A DNA stretch of 64,000 bases from an uncultured Gammaproteobacteria bacterium (GTDB lineage: Bacteria; Patescibacteriota; Microgenomatia; UBA10105; UBA927): the NCBI GenBank assembly GCA_964394685.1, contig CAYMYO010000003.1, positions 16,218 through 80,217 on the forward strand, given 5' to 3'. The position numbers and the translations under genes are program-made. The first letter of the stretch is position 1. Each line of letters starts with the position of its first letter. Positions 18,736 through 28,356 of this stretch are shown piece after piece. Under the pieces are notes generated by a model that saw nothing but the letters and a program-made list of their open reading frames with translations, did no database searches and was not told the origin of the DNA.

Positions 18736-18769
18736 GCACAAAAGCACTAGATTGCTATACAATAGAAAT

Positions 18770-19156
18770 ATGAGTCAGACAGAAGTAATCCAATATTGGC
18801 TGGTTTCGGCCAAAGAAGCGCAAAAAACCGCAGAAGATTCGCTCGTTGATAAACATTATGATTGGGCGTTTTTCCTGTTTCATTTAACTATCGAAAAGTT
18901 ATTAAAAGGGCTTATTGTTAAACAAGACAAAACTCCATTGCCCATTCATGATTTACCGAAATTAGCAAGATATGCAGGCCTTAAGGCAACAGAGGATCAG
19001 CGTATCATTCTTGAAGAGGTAACAACATACAATATTAAAGCGCGATATGATGATTATAAACGAAAGTTTTATAAAAAAGTTTCAAAAAAAGAATATCAAG
19101 AACAATGGATTCGTGCGTGTAAGGAGATTATCATATGGCTGCAAAACGAGTATTAA
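18770..19156 (+). CDS. HEPN domain protein (toxin component of HEPN-MNT pair)
   Basis: Adjacent to and overlapping a minimal nucleotidyltransferase gene. About 129 aa from the ATG at 18770 (the ORF track extends upstream through the repeat). Helical HEPN-sized protein. An Rx4-6H motif was not verified by eye. Confidence 0.55.
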   Translation: MSQTEVIQYWLVSAKEAQKTAEDSLVDKHYDWAFFLFHLTIEKLLKGLIVKQDKTPLPIHDLPKLARYAGLKATEDQRIILEEVTTYNIKARYDDYKRKFYKKVSKKEYQEQWIRACKEIIIWLQNEY

Positions 19157-19464
19157 ACCAAGCGGTGGTGAAGGAAGTGAAAAAGTATGGAGCTATTCTT
19201 CGTGAAAAGCATATCCCATACGAACGTCTTATTGTATTTGGATCGCAAGCAAAGGGTTTGGCAAAGAAATGGAGTGATATAGACATTTGCGTTGTTTCAA
19301 AAGCATTTGGAAAAGACCCACACGCAGAAATGGTTAATCTTATGCGAGCGCGTGAAGATTCAGACTATATTATTGAGCCGCACCCATACAGCCCTGTCGA
19401 TCTGCAGGAAAAATACGACTCTCTTGCTTCAGAAATCCGTAAATACGGCATCACCGTAGTGTAA
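19135..19464 (+). CDS. minimal nucleotidyltransferase (MNT, antitoxin of HEPN-MNT pair)
   Basis: LIVFGSQAKGLAKKWSDIDICVV is the GS...DxD Pol-beta-like nucleotidyltransferase motif. 109 aa. 22-nt overlap with the HEPN gene. Confidence 0.7.
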   Translation: MAAKRVLNQAVVKEVKKYGAILREKHIPYERLIVFGSQAKGLAKKWSDIDICVVSKAFGKDPHAEMVNLMRAREDSDYIIEPHPYSPVDLQEKYDSLASEIRKYGITVV

Positions 19465-19466
19465 AT

Positions 19467-19489
19467 CTTGTCAGGATGTCACCCTGCCA
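19467..19489. repeat. cassette 3'-end repeat B, copy 1 (CTTGTCAGGATGTCACCCTGCCA)
   Basis: Begins 2 nt after the MNT stop codon. An identical 23-mer recurs 6 nt after the Fic stop (20974-20996). Confidence 0.6.
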
Positions 19490-19541
19490 TGGAGCGATAA
19501 GACAAGCTAAACAAGAAGAATATATCAAAAGATATCACTGT

Positions 19542-19673
19542 TTGAAAGTACTATTTTTGCCACGCACGTGCGTATGAAATTAAGTACATTTTAATCTCGG
19601 ACCCACCCTCGGCCCGCTTCGCCGAATCGAGGCGAGCGAGGCAAGGCTTGTTGAGGCTGATTTGGTAGTGTAT
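19542..19673. repeat. cassette-boundary repeat A, copy 2
   Basis: See copy 1. Ends in CTTGTTGAGGCTGATTTGGTAGTGTAT, which also recurs at 21006-21032. Confidence 0.6.
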
Positions 19674-19755
19674 TTGCTTTCATTTTCTTAATTTGATATA
19701 TTTTAATTAGATTAATTACTAGACCAATCATTAGACTAATAATTAGACCAATATT

Positions 19756-20967
19756 ATGACAAATTCGAACGTAATTCGACCATTTTCAAATATATTTCTC
19801 TCTCAATTTTTGTTTGCTCCCGAACAACTTCCATTTACCAATGATGAAATCATGGAGTTTGATCAAACGCTTTCAACATACGAACAGATATTTCTAAATC
19901 CCGATATAGAAAGAACGCTTATTAGTAAGAATGAACTATTAGCGTCATTCGCTATTTCAAAAGCAGAAGCATCACAACTTACAATGAAAGAAGCACAAGA
20001 CGTATACGCGCTTTTGGTAGAGAATTCACAGTATGATTTTATTGGGAAAAAATTGCGGGAGAAAAAGAAATTGACTCAAAAAGATCATGATCAGCTTGAG
20101 TTTTTCAATATTGCAAAAACATTTCGCATGTTTTCTCAAAAGAATATGGTCATAGAAGATATAACTCCGTCATTTATTCAAGAAATACACAGGCAGGTAA
20201 CCCAAGGCATGGATATATTCAAAAATCATCTTTCTGACTTTACTATCTATAAATCTGGTTTATGGCGGGACAATGATGATATTCGAGTGGGAGCGTATAT
20301 TCCTGCACATTTTGGCGATATACAAAATGGCGTGGATGAGCTTCTTTTGTATTTAAAAAAGAATCAAACACCAACCGGAATAGCTGTTTTTCACACTGGT
20401 CTTTATGGACTGCATCCATTTAATAATGGAAATAAACGGGTATGTCGCATACTCGAACACATGCTTTTTCGAAGTATTGGATTGAATGAAAAAAACTTAT
20501 ATAGCACATCGTATTACTACCACATAGAGAAAACTCGATATTACAAATATCTGTTGTTTTCATTGGAACGAAAAAATTTGAATCATTTCGTTTCATTTAT
20601 GTTGGAATCACTCGTTTTTTCTATTGTGTCTGTGTTAAAAACGAGTATTGAAGTAAAACGGAATGAATTTTTTCAAAAACAACAGATCGAAGGCGTCGGG
20701 AAGACTGTTTTAAAACCTCTTCTCAAACGAAAAGAATTGCAATTTAAGCATCTTGCAAAATACGCGAGTGGAAAAGTAGCACGGCAAACGTTAGTAACAA
20801 CGCTTCAAAGCGCCGTTTCACAAGGAATATTGATTCGTCGAGAATCTGGAAAAACAACATATTATCGTTTGAACCTCTCGCTTCCAGAAGAGCAAACCTT
20901 GGAACAATGGTTACAAACTATTCGAGAGCGGCTATCCTATATCCCAGATGATATAGCACTAGCATAA
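19756..20967 (+). CDS. Fic/DOC family protein
   Basis: Canonical Fic motif HPFNNGNKRVCR (HxFx[D/N]GNGRxxR). 403 aa with a C-terminal winged-helix-like extension. Confidence 0.75.
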   Translation: MTNSNVIRPFSNIFLSQFLFAPEQLPFTNDEIMEFDQTLSTYEQIFLNPDIERTLISKNELLASFAISKAEASQLTMKEAQDVYALLVENSQYDFIGKKLREKKKLTQKDHDQLEFFNIAKTFRMFSQKNMVIEDITPSFIQEIHRQVTQGMDIFKNHLSDFTIYKSGLWRDNDDIRVGAYIPAHFGDIQNGVDELLLYLKKNQTPTGIAVFHTGLYGLHPFNNGNKRVCRILEHMLFRSIGLNEKNLYSTSYYYHIEKTRYYKYLLFSLERKNLNHFVSFMLESLVFSIVSVLKTSIEVKRNEFFQKQQIEGVGKTVLKPLLKRKELQFKHLAKYASGKVARQTLVTTLQSAVSQGILIRRESGKTTYYRLNLSLPEEQTLEQWLQTIRERLSYIPDDIALA

Positions 20968-20973
20968 AAGCAC

Positions 20974-21032
20974 CTTGTCAGGATGTCACCCTGCCACGCC
21001 CGCATCTTGTTGAGGCTGATTTGGTAGTGTAT
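20974..21032. repeat. composite repeat (B copy 2 plus 3' segment of repeat A)
   Basis: CTTGTCAGGATGTCACCCTGCCA (20974-20996) followed by CTTGTTGAGGCTGATTTGGTAGTGTAT (21006-21032). Confidence 0.6.
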
Positions 21033-21045
21033 ACTTTATGTATCT

Positions 21046-24000
21046 ATGAGCGAGAAGAAAGAAAATGTTTCAGAGATAGTTTCACGATGGATTGGTGCGA
21101 TTGCTGAGGCCGCTGATGCAAAAAAAAGCAAGATTACTCCAGACACGCTTGAAGCAAGAGTTCAAAAATTAGGAGAGACAAAACATACACCCGTTGAGAG
21201 CTTTGAAACTCGTATTCAAAGAGAGCAACGAGAGGCAAAGGAATTTACAGACGCGATTCAGTCGAATCAAAAAAATATTTCTTTAGTGATGGAACAATGG
21301 AAAGCATCAAACAAATACGAAGATCTATTGCCTTTAGATAAAGCAAAAAATAAATTAAAGACAGCATGGAGCTTGTCTAAAAATCAGCCGACGTGGTCAG
21401 GAATAAGCAGTCCAGAACAAATTGAGTATAGCGCCGCGGCCGCTGAATATCTATCAACAGTTGCGCTTTTACCACAAGAACTTGCAGAAGATCCGAATGT
21501 TTTTTTCCACGAAACCGCGAAATTTGCCGCATCCATGAGCAGTGATCCTTTGGCTCGGGAAGAAGAATTAAAAATACTTAACCAGGCAATTATTCATCAA
21601 GAAAAATTAAAAGGTTTTACTTTAAGTAAAGAAGACACCATTTACACCCTTCGCGGATTTGTTCTGTATGACAAAGAACTAGATGGTGACATTTTAGATC
21701 CGGTTAACCAAGTTGAAGCAAAGAATTTTCTTACGGAAATACAAGGGAGAATTGAAACGAGAAAAACAGGTGGCATTTCTGCTCAAGACGAGGCAATGTA
21801 TTTAAAACGACAAGGAGATACCATTGCCGCAAGTGATTATTACGTCATAGATAATATCCATCCGTCGCAGAAATATCAAATTAAGGATAAAAAAGTTCTA
21901 GAACCATTCGAAAGAAGAATTAATCGTCGAGTTGCAGAATTGACAGAAATAAATAAAGCACAGCGTCAAGCAGAATATCAATCACGCACATTTGAAGGAG
22001 CAGAATTTAATACCCCAGAGGAGTTAAAAAAAGGAATCGAAGCTCATTTTCTGAGATTTGAAGCTCCAACCGAGGAAATAAAAGAGAAAATGCTACGTCT
22101 GAGTCCAGAAGACCAGGAAAAATTTAAAAAAGAAATAATAAAAGGGATACGAAAAACTGTTGAGAGGTTGGAAAATAATCCCGAAAATTGGCGTATTGGC
22201 GGTATAGAGCCACTTCCAAGATCATTGATGTCTTGGATGCTTATTTTAGAAGATATGGGAGACCATAAATTATATGAAAAGATACATATAGAGACAGAAG
22301 CAAGATCCTGCCAGCATGTGATATATGAAACTTTAAAAAAGGGTGGTTCGCCAAGTGATATGAAAGATTTTCAAAAAGTTCAAGGTGATTTTGATAAAAT
22401 GGAGTTTCAAGAAGCAATAACTCATATTCCAGGTATGGCCAAGACACAAATGTTACTTGATGAACGATATGAAAGAGTTATTAAGGGCGAATTAAATCCA
22501 GTAGAAAAACAAAAAGTAAAAGATGAAATCCTAACAATATTACGAGACGACAAAACAATTTGTGATACAGAACACACAGGGATAACACCAGAAGCAGCAC
22601 TTGAGCTGGCTACCCGACACTATTTTGAACAAGGTAGGGATGGATTTAAGTATAGGGAATACATTCGTAAACATCATCTCCTTGGGACAACAAAAGATAA
22701 ACATGGAAATACAATTTGGGTTGTTGATCCGAATGCTCCGCTTAAATGGGATCCATATCGTTTATTATATTGTCCTGAGGCAATGCCAGCGTTTTTTAAA
22801 TTTGGTTCTAGTCAAGCTGGAGATGTTAGTAAGCTAACATTGCCAAATGGTAAGACAATTGAGGCAGTATTCGCTCAAGGAGTTGGAGCAGATTTTTATA
22901 AAAGTCTACTGGATCACGGATTTGATTTAAAAGTTACTGACTATGTTTCTCGGAGAAGAGATTATGAACTAGAAGCATGGATTTCAGAACAATTAGATAC
23001 GAAACAGGAACGCGGAGGAAGTAGTCAAGTGATTTGGGAATTAGGGTCGTTAAAAAGAGATGAACGAGGAGAAGATTCCATAGAATGGAATGCACTTCAA
23101 AGAGAAATAATGACTAATGATCCAACATTAGGAGAGCTTCGCTCTTTTCAAAGACAAGAAATCCGTTTGAGTTATAATATCAAATTTGCAGATGAGTTTG
23201 GTGTGAATGTATGGTCAGCATATTCAGAAAATGAAAAAAATTATCTTCAAAACGTTCAGACTTTGCGCACTAAAGCGTCAAATCAAGGTAGAACAGATAT
23301 TGTCCAGGAGCTTGATGCATTAAAGGATAGATATACAGCTACTCTTGCCAGAGCACGAGAAATTAATGATAAGTTTAAGAAAGACGTTTGTGAGAAAAAC
23401 GGTATAAAACTAGAAGAATACGAGTTCGTCTATGGAGATTTTTTTCCGTCGTTAGCTAAATTTGACGAAAGTAAAATTCCATGGATGAGAGTAGGAAGAC
23501 TTCAGGAAAACAAAAGAGGTAACTATAGAGACCATATAAACGCACTTACCCCAATGCAACAGGTGGCTGACTGCGCCATATATCCATCAGAAGAGAATAT
23601 TTTGAAAGTAGATCATAAAGCTATGTGTGGATATACAACGCTAACAAACGCACAAAAACATTTGATGTACCCCGTTTTGCAAGCATATATAGATGTTCAA
23701 AGAGGGAAAGGACCATTTGGGTCTGAAGTGACAAGTCTTTTGGAAGTAGGGAAAAGTAAAGTTGCAAAAGCATATGATCAAAAATCCAAGACTGATTTGG
23801 ATATATATAAGATTGTTCGTCAGCTTGTTGCCAAGGGAGCTTTATCTCGGGATGTAGCATATAAGATTAGAGGAGGATTTGCCGGTCGTGTTAGAGATAA
23901 AATACTTGAATACGCTGACCCTGCGAGTTTGGTTATTTTGCTTGGAGCTATAGTTCAGGAAGAAGCGAAAAAAACACAAAAGGATTTAGAAAAAGGTTAA
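21046..24000 (+). CDS. large hypothetical protein (984 aa), Glu/Lys-rich, predicted largely helical
   Basis: Long uninterrupted ORF with no recognisable catalytic motif. Lies between the cassette array and the VirB6-like/pilin genes. Confidence 0.4.
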   Translation: MSEKKENVSEIVSRWIGAIAEAADAKKSKITPDTLEARVQKLGETKHTPVESFETRIQREQREAKEFTDAIQSNQKNISLVMEQWKASNKYEDLLPLDKAKNKLKTAWSLSKNQPTWSGISSPEQIEYSAAAAEYLSTVALLPQELAEDPNVFFHETAKFAASMSSDPLAREEELKILNQAIIHQEKLKGFTLSKEDTIYTLRGFVLYDKELDGDILDPVNQVEAKNFLTEIQGRIETRKTGGISAQDEAMYLKRQGDTIAASDYYVIDNIHPSQKYQIKDKKVLEPFERRINRRVAELTEINKAQRQAEYQSRTFEGAEFNTPEELKKGIEAHFLRFEAPTEEIKEKMLRLSPEDQEKFKKEIIKGIRKTVERLENNPENWRIGGIEPLPRSLMSWMLILEDMGDHKLYEKIHIETEARSCQHVIYETLKKGGSPSDMKDFQKVQGDFDKMEFQEAITHIPGMAKTQMLLDERYERVIKGELNPVEKQKVKDEILTILRDDKTICDTEHTGITPEAALELATRHYFEQGRDGFKYREYIRKHHLLGTTKDKHGNTIWVVDPNAPLKWDPYRLLYCPEAMPAFFKFGSSQAGDVSKLTLPNGKTIEAVFAQGVGADFYKSLLDHGFDLKVTDYVSRRRDYELEAWISEQLDTKQERGGSSQVIWELGSLKRDERGEDSIEWNALQREIMTNDPTLGELRSFQRQEIRLSYNIKFADEFGVNVWSAYSENEKNYLQNVQTLRTKASNQGRTDIVQELDALKDRYTATLARAREINDKFKKDVCEKNGIKLEEYEFVYGDFFPSLAKFDESKIPWMRVGRLQENKRGNYRDHINALTPMQQVADCAIYPSEENILKVDHKAMCGYTTLTNAQKHLMYPVLQAYIDVQRGKGPFGSEVTSLLEVGKSKVAKAYDQKSKTDLDIYKIVRQLVAKGALSRDVAYKIRGGFAGRVRDKILEYADPASLVILLGAIVQEEAKKTQKDLEKG

Positions 24001-24021
24001 CTCCTTGATTTTTCTGGCTAT

Positions 24022-25401
24022 TTATTTTCCTGCCTCTGGTTGTTTATTTTTATCCGCATTTGTCCATTCTTTTCCTCTCATGAGGCCTTCCATCTGTCTT
24101 TTGCCCATATAGTATTGAATGCCCATTTGTGTTGCGGTGCCGACAATACCCATTGCTCCTCCACCCATTGACACCATTGGTTTTACTTTCAGCGCGTCTT
24201 TGAGAGATTTCACAATTGATGGTATAGATAAAGAGAGACCTAGACCAATAAGCGCTGCTATTCCATTACCACCCATGCCAAGAAGAGGAGGTGTCCATAC
24301 CTGGGTTGTGCTATTGACTAAAATAACACTGATCATTAAAAGAATTGCGGTGATGGGGAAAACAATAATGTTTGAAAAAAGATTTTTTATCCAAGATTCA
24401 AACGATTTAGAACCGGGAATTGCCTCTAAAAGCAACTGAAGCGGTGATGTTAGAAGTCCAATGATGATTTGAACATATGCATTGATAAGCATAAAAAAAA
24501 TTCGAAGTGCGGCAAATAAATAGGCAATAGCAAGAAAGACTATTAATAAAATACTAGCTATTGCTCCACCTAAAAGATAACCATATGCGTTTCCTTCGTT
24601 CATTCCCAAGAAACTTAATAATTCACCAAAACCAGCATATCCTCCAAATAACCCTTTCCACACAGCTCCAAACCCACTTGTTGTATATTGACTTAACACA
24701 TCGGTTTTAAATATACCGGGAGAAGCAGAATTGAGAAGTTGGATAATAATAACGAGAAATACATACATCAAATCGATCATGAGGCCGACGATTGCGTAGG
24801 AGAAGGTGATTAATAAAAGAGCGATAACGATGCGGGGGAGGGCGTTTTGGACGGAGACGACGGTTTTTGGATCGATTTTTTTCCGAAACATCACCATAAA
24901 TCCGATGACGATCATGACAATGGCAAGCAGGAAATACGCCATATTGCGGAACACTTTCCATATGGGAAGAAGAGCGGATAAGCCACTGAACCCCACTCCT
25001 TGTGCGTACGCGGATTTTGGAATAAATCCAAGTGTTTGCCCCATGTCTTGAACAAATGCATAGGTTGACGCCGGAGGATTGAGATACATGGCAGTGATAT
25101 ATGAGGATAAATTATAGATTGCGCTCTGTGCGAGCATTTGTTTAGCAATAGCAGAATCCATAGATTTAACAGTTATGCCCGGAACGGCACCCAAAATTTT
25201 TCGTATAAGTTCTACCTCAGAACCTGAACCTACATTCGCCACATGTCCAAGAGAATTTACTCCTCCGCTATATATGTCCTCATAGCTTTCTGGAAACCCC
25301 TGATCGGGCCAAAAGCTTGGTGCTTCTGCATAGACAGGAGTAACACGTGGTAGTGCAAAAGAAATAACAAGCGCGAGAAGCAAAATGACTATTTTCTTCA
25401 T
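24022..25401 (-). CDS. polytopic membrane protein, VirB6/TrbL-like (putative T4SS channel component)
   Basis: N-terminal signal peptide (MKKIVILLLALVISFALP), about 130-aa extracytoplasmic segment, then at least 6 TM helices and a Gly/Met-rich tail. Topology and size fit TrbL/VirB6. The assignment is by architecture only. Confidence 0.4.
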   Translation of the reverse strand: MKKIVILLLALVISFALPRVTPVYAEAPSFWPDQGFPESYEDIYSGGVNSLGHVANVGSGSEVELIRKILGAVPGITVKSMDSAIAKQMLAQSAIYNLSSYITAMYLNPPASTYAFVQDMGQTLGFIPKSAYAQGVGFSGLSALLPIWKVFRNMAYFLLAIVMIVIGFMVMFRKKIDPKTVVSVQNALPRIVIALLLITFSYAIVGLMIDLMYVFLVIIIQLLNSASPGIFKTDVLSQYTTSGFGAVWKGLFGGYAGFGELLSFLGMNEGNAYGYLLGGAIASILLIVFLAIAYLFAALRIFFMLINAYVQIIIGLLTSPLQLLLEAIPGSKSFESWIKNLFSNIIVFPITAILLMISVILVNSTTQVWTPPLLGMGGNGIAALIGLGLSLSIPSIVKSLKDALKVKPMVSMGGGAMGIVGTATQMGIQYYMGKRQMEGLMRGKEWTNADKNKQPEAGK

Positions 25402-25522
25402 ACTGGTATTATGTTCAAAAATGGCAAGATAATCAAGGAGGGAGATTGCCGGTCGCCAAGTTGTCTTTTAGTCGGGCCAAAGTACTACTTGACTTATATA
25501 ATAGTCGTGTTAAAATACACCT

Positions 25523-26761
25523 ATGTTCATCAAAAGAACGATTTTTCATGAAGTTCAAAAACATCTTAATAGTCAGGAAATAACCCTTATTGTTGGGCCT
25601 CGTCAGGCTGGGAAAACGACTCTCATGGAAATGCTTCGCGACGACCTAGAAAAGCAAGGTAAAAAAACATTATTTCTTAATTTAGATTTTGAATCTGATC
25701 GGCCGTTTTTCGAATCTCAAGATCGATTAATTCAGCGGATTGTTTATGCAATCGGAAACGATCGCGGATATATATTTATTGATGAAATTCAACGGAAAGA
25801 AAATGCAGGATTATTTTTGAAGGGTCTCTACGACATGAAATTACCGTATAAATTTATTGTGTCCGGATCCGGAAGCATCGAACTCAAGGAAAAAATTCAT
25901 GAATCTCTTTTTGGGAGAAAACGGATATTTGAACTTACAACATTGAGCTTTGAAGAATTTATTGGATATAAGACGAAAGATTCTGATTTTTCATCGTTTT
26001 TCACATTATATAAAGAGAAAGGAATACAATATTTGGAGGAATATCTAAATTTCGGTGGGTATCCAAAAGTAGTTCTTTCGCCAACGATTGCAGAAAAACG
26101 TGCGGTTATTGCTGATATTTATCAAAGCTTTTTAGAAAAAGATATTGCCATTCTTCTTGGTATTCAAAAAACGGAAAGTTTTACTCAACTCGTGCGTCTT
26201 CTTGCTTCTCAAGTGGGGAAGCTGGTTAATGTAACGGAATTATCAAATACGTTGGGTATGTCCCAACAGACGATCAAAGACTATCTTTGGTATTTAGAAA
26301 AAACATATTGTGTTCATAAGGTAACGCCCTATTTTAAAAACGTGCGCAAAGAAATTACGAAAGCGCCTTTGTACTATTTCACTGATTTAGGGCTAAAAAA
26401 TTATGCCGCAAATACATTTGGTATCGCCACAACATCTCGGGACGGATTTTTATTTGAAAATTTTGTGTATAATGTGTTGGAAAAAAATGAAAAACTTACT
26501 TCAACAACAATTCATTTTTGGAGAACACGTGACGGCGCTGAAGTGGATTTTGTTGTAAACATCGGACAAGAGCAAATTCCTGTCGAAGTAAAATACTCAC
26601 GGTTGAAATCATTGGAAATTACCCGTTCATTCCGTTCGTTTTTGAGTAAATATAACCCACAAATTGGTTATATTGTTCATTTAGGTGATTCATTTGAAGC
26701 AACTATTGAAAAAACGACAGTGTCTTGTGTTCCGTTTTTTAATATTCCAACATTTAGTTAA
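25523..26761 (+). CDS. AAA-family ATPase with DUF4143-type C-terminal domain
   Basis: Walker A IVGPRQAGKTTLMEM and Walker B YIFIDEIQ. Typical AAA_14/DUF4143 architecture of about 410 aa. Confidence 0.6.
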   Translation: MFIKRTIFHEVQKHLNSQEITLIVGPRQAGKTTLMEMLRDDLEKQGKKTLFLNLDFESDRPFFESQDRLIQRIVYAIGNDRGYIFIDEIQRKENAGLFLKGLYDMKLPYKFIVSGSGSIELKEKIHESLFGRKRIFELTTLSFEEFIGYKTKDSDFSSFFTLYKEKGIQYLEEYLNFGGYPKVVLSPTIAEKRAVIADIYQSFLEKDIAILLGIQKTESFTQLVRLLASQVGKLVNVTELSNTLGMSQQTIKDYLWYLEKTYCVHKVTPYFKNVRKEITKAPLYYFTDLGLKNYAANTFGIATTSRDGFLFENFVYNVLEKNEKLTSTTIHFWRTRDGAEVDFVVNIGQEQIPVEVKYSRLKSLEITRSFRSFLSKYNPQIGYIVHLGDSFEATIEKTTVSCVPFFNIPTFS

Positions 26762-26816
26762 TCTATTAAATTTGGATACCGAAGGTTGTGATGTTAACGC
26801 CGGAATAGGAAGATAA

Positions 26817-27206
26817 TCAAGGAGTAGGTATTTCAATGCCGAATGTTGTGACGGTAACTCCTGTGAACTTTTCAATAAGAAGGAGAATGAGGTAACTACT
26901 GACGAGAACCAATAGTCCTGCAAACGCGCCGGTGAGCGTTCCTTTTGCTTTTTCAAGCTTTTTCTGATCTCCTCCTGAAAAAAGAAAAGAAAATCCGCCA
27001 ACCAGTAACATAACGAAAAGAACCACTCCGGAAAACATCACAATGGCCTTAATGATATTAGTAATAAGCATTGTCAGAGAGCCAATGGTTGCTACATCAG
27101 CAACTGCATCAGTACCAGATTTCTGTAATGCTCCCCAGGTTGGAGCCTGTGCAAGTAATGACATTTTTTTAATATGGCCTTGGAAGATTAATTCCTTGCG
27201 AACCAA
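26817..27206 (-). CDS. T4SS pilin (VirB2/TrbC-like) paralog 6
   Basis: Two TM helices flanking a conserved GGFSFLFSGGD...KLEKAKGTLTGAFAGLLVL loop. A probable start at an internal Met (about 27164) would remove the overlap with the upstream paralog. Confidence 0.55.
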   Translation of the reverse strand: MVRKELIFQGHIKKMSLLAQAPTWGALQKSGTDAVADVATIGSLTMLITNIIKAIVMFSGVVLFVMLLVGGFSFLFSGGDQKKLEKAKGTLTGAFAGLLVLVSSYLILLLIEKFTGVTVTTFGIEIPTP

Positions 27207-27498
27207 TGACGTTGATACCTAGGAAATTCTGAACCAATGCCATGACTGCCCATGCGGCGCCGACGATAATAAGACCAACAATAGCATGCGTTATCTTGTT
27301 TCTTGCTGTTTCCATGTGCGTTTTATCTCCACCAGAGGTGATCCACTGGATGCCTCCAAGAATAAGATATAAAAACGCCATGAGTGCAGCGAGTATGAGA
27401 AGCGTGCCGACGATAGCGCTAATAAGCATTCCAACATCAGTAATTTTTACACCCGGTGGTTGTGCGACCGTTAAATCAGCTGCAAATATTTTAAACAT
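27169..27498 (-). CDS. T4SS pilin (VirB2/TrbC-like) paralog 5
   Basis: LYLILGGIQWITSGGDKTHMETARNKITHAIVGLIIVGAAWA conserved core shared with neighbouring paralogs. 109 aa. Confidence 0.6.
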   Translation of the reverse strand: MFKIFAADLTVAQPPGVKITDVGMLISAIVGTLLILAALMAFLYLILGGIQWITSGGDKTHMETARNKITHAIVGLIIVGAAWAVMALVQNFLGINVIGSQGINLPRPY

Positions 27499-27547
27499 AC
27501 GTCACCTCCTCATGGTTACTACTTTTTATATTATACGGTACTTTTTA

Positions 27548-27907
27548 CTATTGAGCAATCGTTCCGCCAAAAGACGGAATTCTAAGAGCCTTCACATTAA
27601 GTCCAAAAAATTGTCCGACAAGAGCAAAAATAGCGTAGGCCGCTGCCACAATAACAAGCCCAACAAGCGCATTGGTAATTTTATCTTTTGCCGTTTCGAG
27701 TTTTGATTTGTCTCCGGATGATGTTATCCACGATAGACCTCCAGTAAGGAGATAGAGAAAAGTGAGAAGAAATGCAAAAAGAAAGAATAATCCGCCGATA
27801 TTTGATATAAGCATGCCGATAATCGTTGCACCTTGTTCTTTTGGTCCGGAGCCAAGAATTGGAGGAAGGACAGGGTTAGTTAGATCAGCGAGTAATTTTT
27901 GTTCCAT
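27548..27907 (-). CDS. T4SS pilin (VirB2/TrbC-like) paralog 4
   Basis: LYLLTGGLSWITSSGDKSKLETAKDKITNALVGLVIVAAAYA core. 119 aa. Confidence 0.6.
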   Translation of the reverse strand: MEQKLLADLTNPVLPPILGSGPKEQGATIIGMLISNIGGLFFLFAFLLTFLYLLTGGLSWITSSGDKSKLETAKDKITNALVGLVIVAAAYAIFALVGQFFGLNVKALRIPSFGGTIAQ

Positions 27908-27909
27908 AG

Positions 27910-28356
27910 TTATTTAAATTTAATTGTATGAATGACAGAGTCAGGCATTAAAATATTTTCCCACCCAAAAAATTCACCTGCTAAGGCAAGAACCGCCCAA
28001 CCGGCCACAACAATGACAAGTCCCACAAATGCATTGGTGAGTTTATCCCGTGCTTGTGTGAGTTTTGTTTTATCTCCTCCAGCGGTAATCCAGGAGATGC
28101 CTCCGGTGATAAATGTTATAAAAAACCAAAATGCTGCCACAACGGTCATGAGTCCAATCACAGCTGATAATGCGCCAGTGAGTTTCCCCATTGCTGTTAA
28201 AGGATTATTTAGCCCAGCTGCGGTTGGATTGCCGAATGGCCCCAATCCTTCAATGTTGCCCAATGGTGTTCCTGTTATTTGTGGCATAGCATTATTTTGG
28301 CCCGTAAATAACGGGACTAAGCATAAACATCGGATTTCCAAAGAGTATGTAGCCAA
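27910..28356 (-). CDS. T4SS pilin (VirB2/TrbC-like) paralog 3
   Basis: FITGGISWITAGGDKTKLTQARDKLTNAFVGLVIVVAGWA core. Probable start at the internal Met near 28287, which removes the overlap with paralog 2. Confidence 0.55.
   Translation of the reverse strand: MATYSLEIRCLCLVPLFTGQNNAMPQITGTPLGNIEGLGPFGNPTAAGLNNPLTAMGKLTGALSAVIGLMTVVAAFWFFITFITGGISWITAGGDKTKLTQARDKLTNAFVGLVIVVAGWAVLALAGEFFGWENILMPDSVIHTIKFK

Noticed and set aside
18612-21032. Considered whether the repeated intergenic sequences form a CRISPR array
   Set aside because: Repeats are about 120 bp and 23-27 bp composite units. They are separated by 0.7-1.3 kb containing full-length protein genes (HEPN/MNT, Fic), not by short uniform spacers, and there are no cas genes. 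Treated instead as cassette-boundary repeats.
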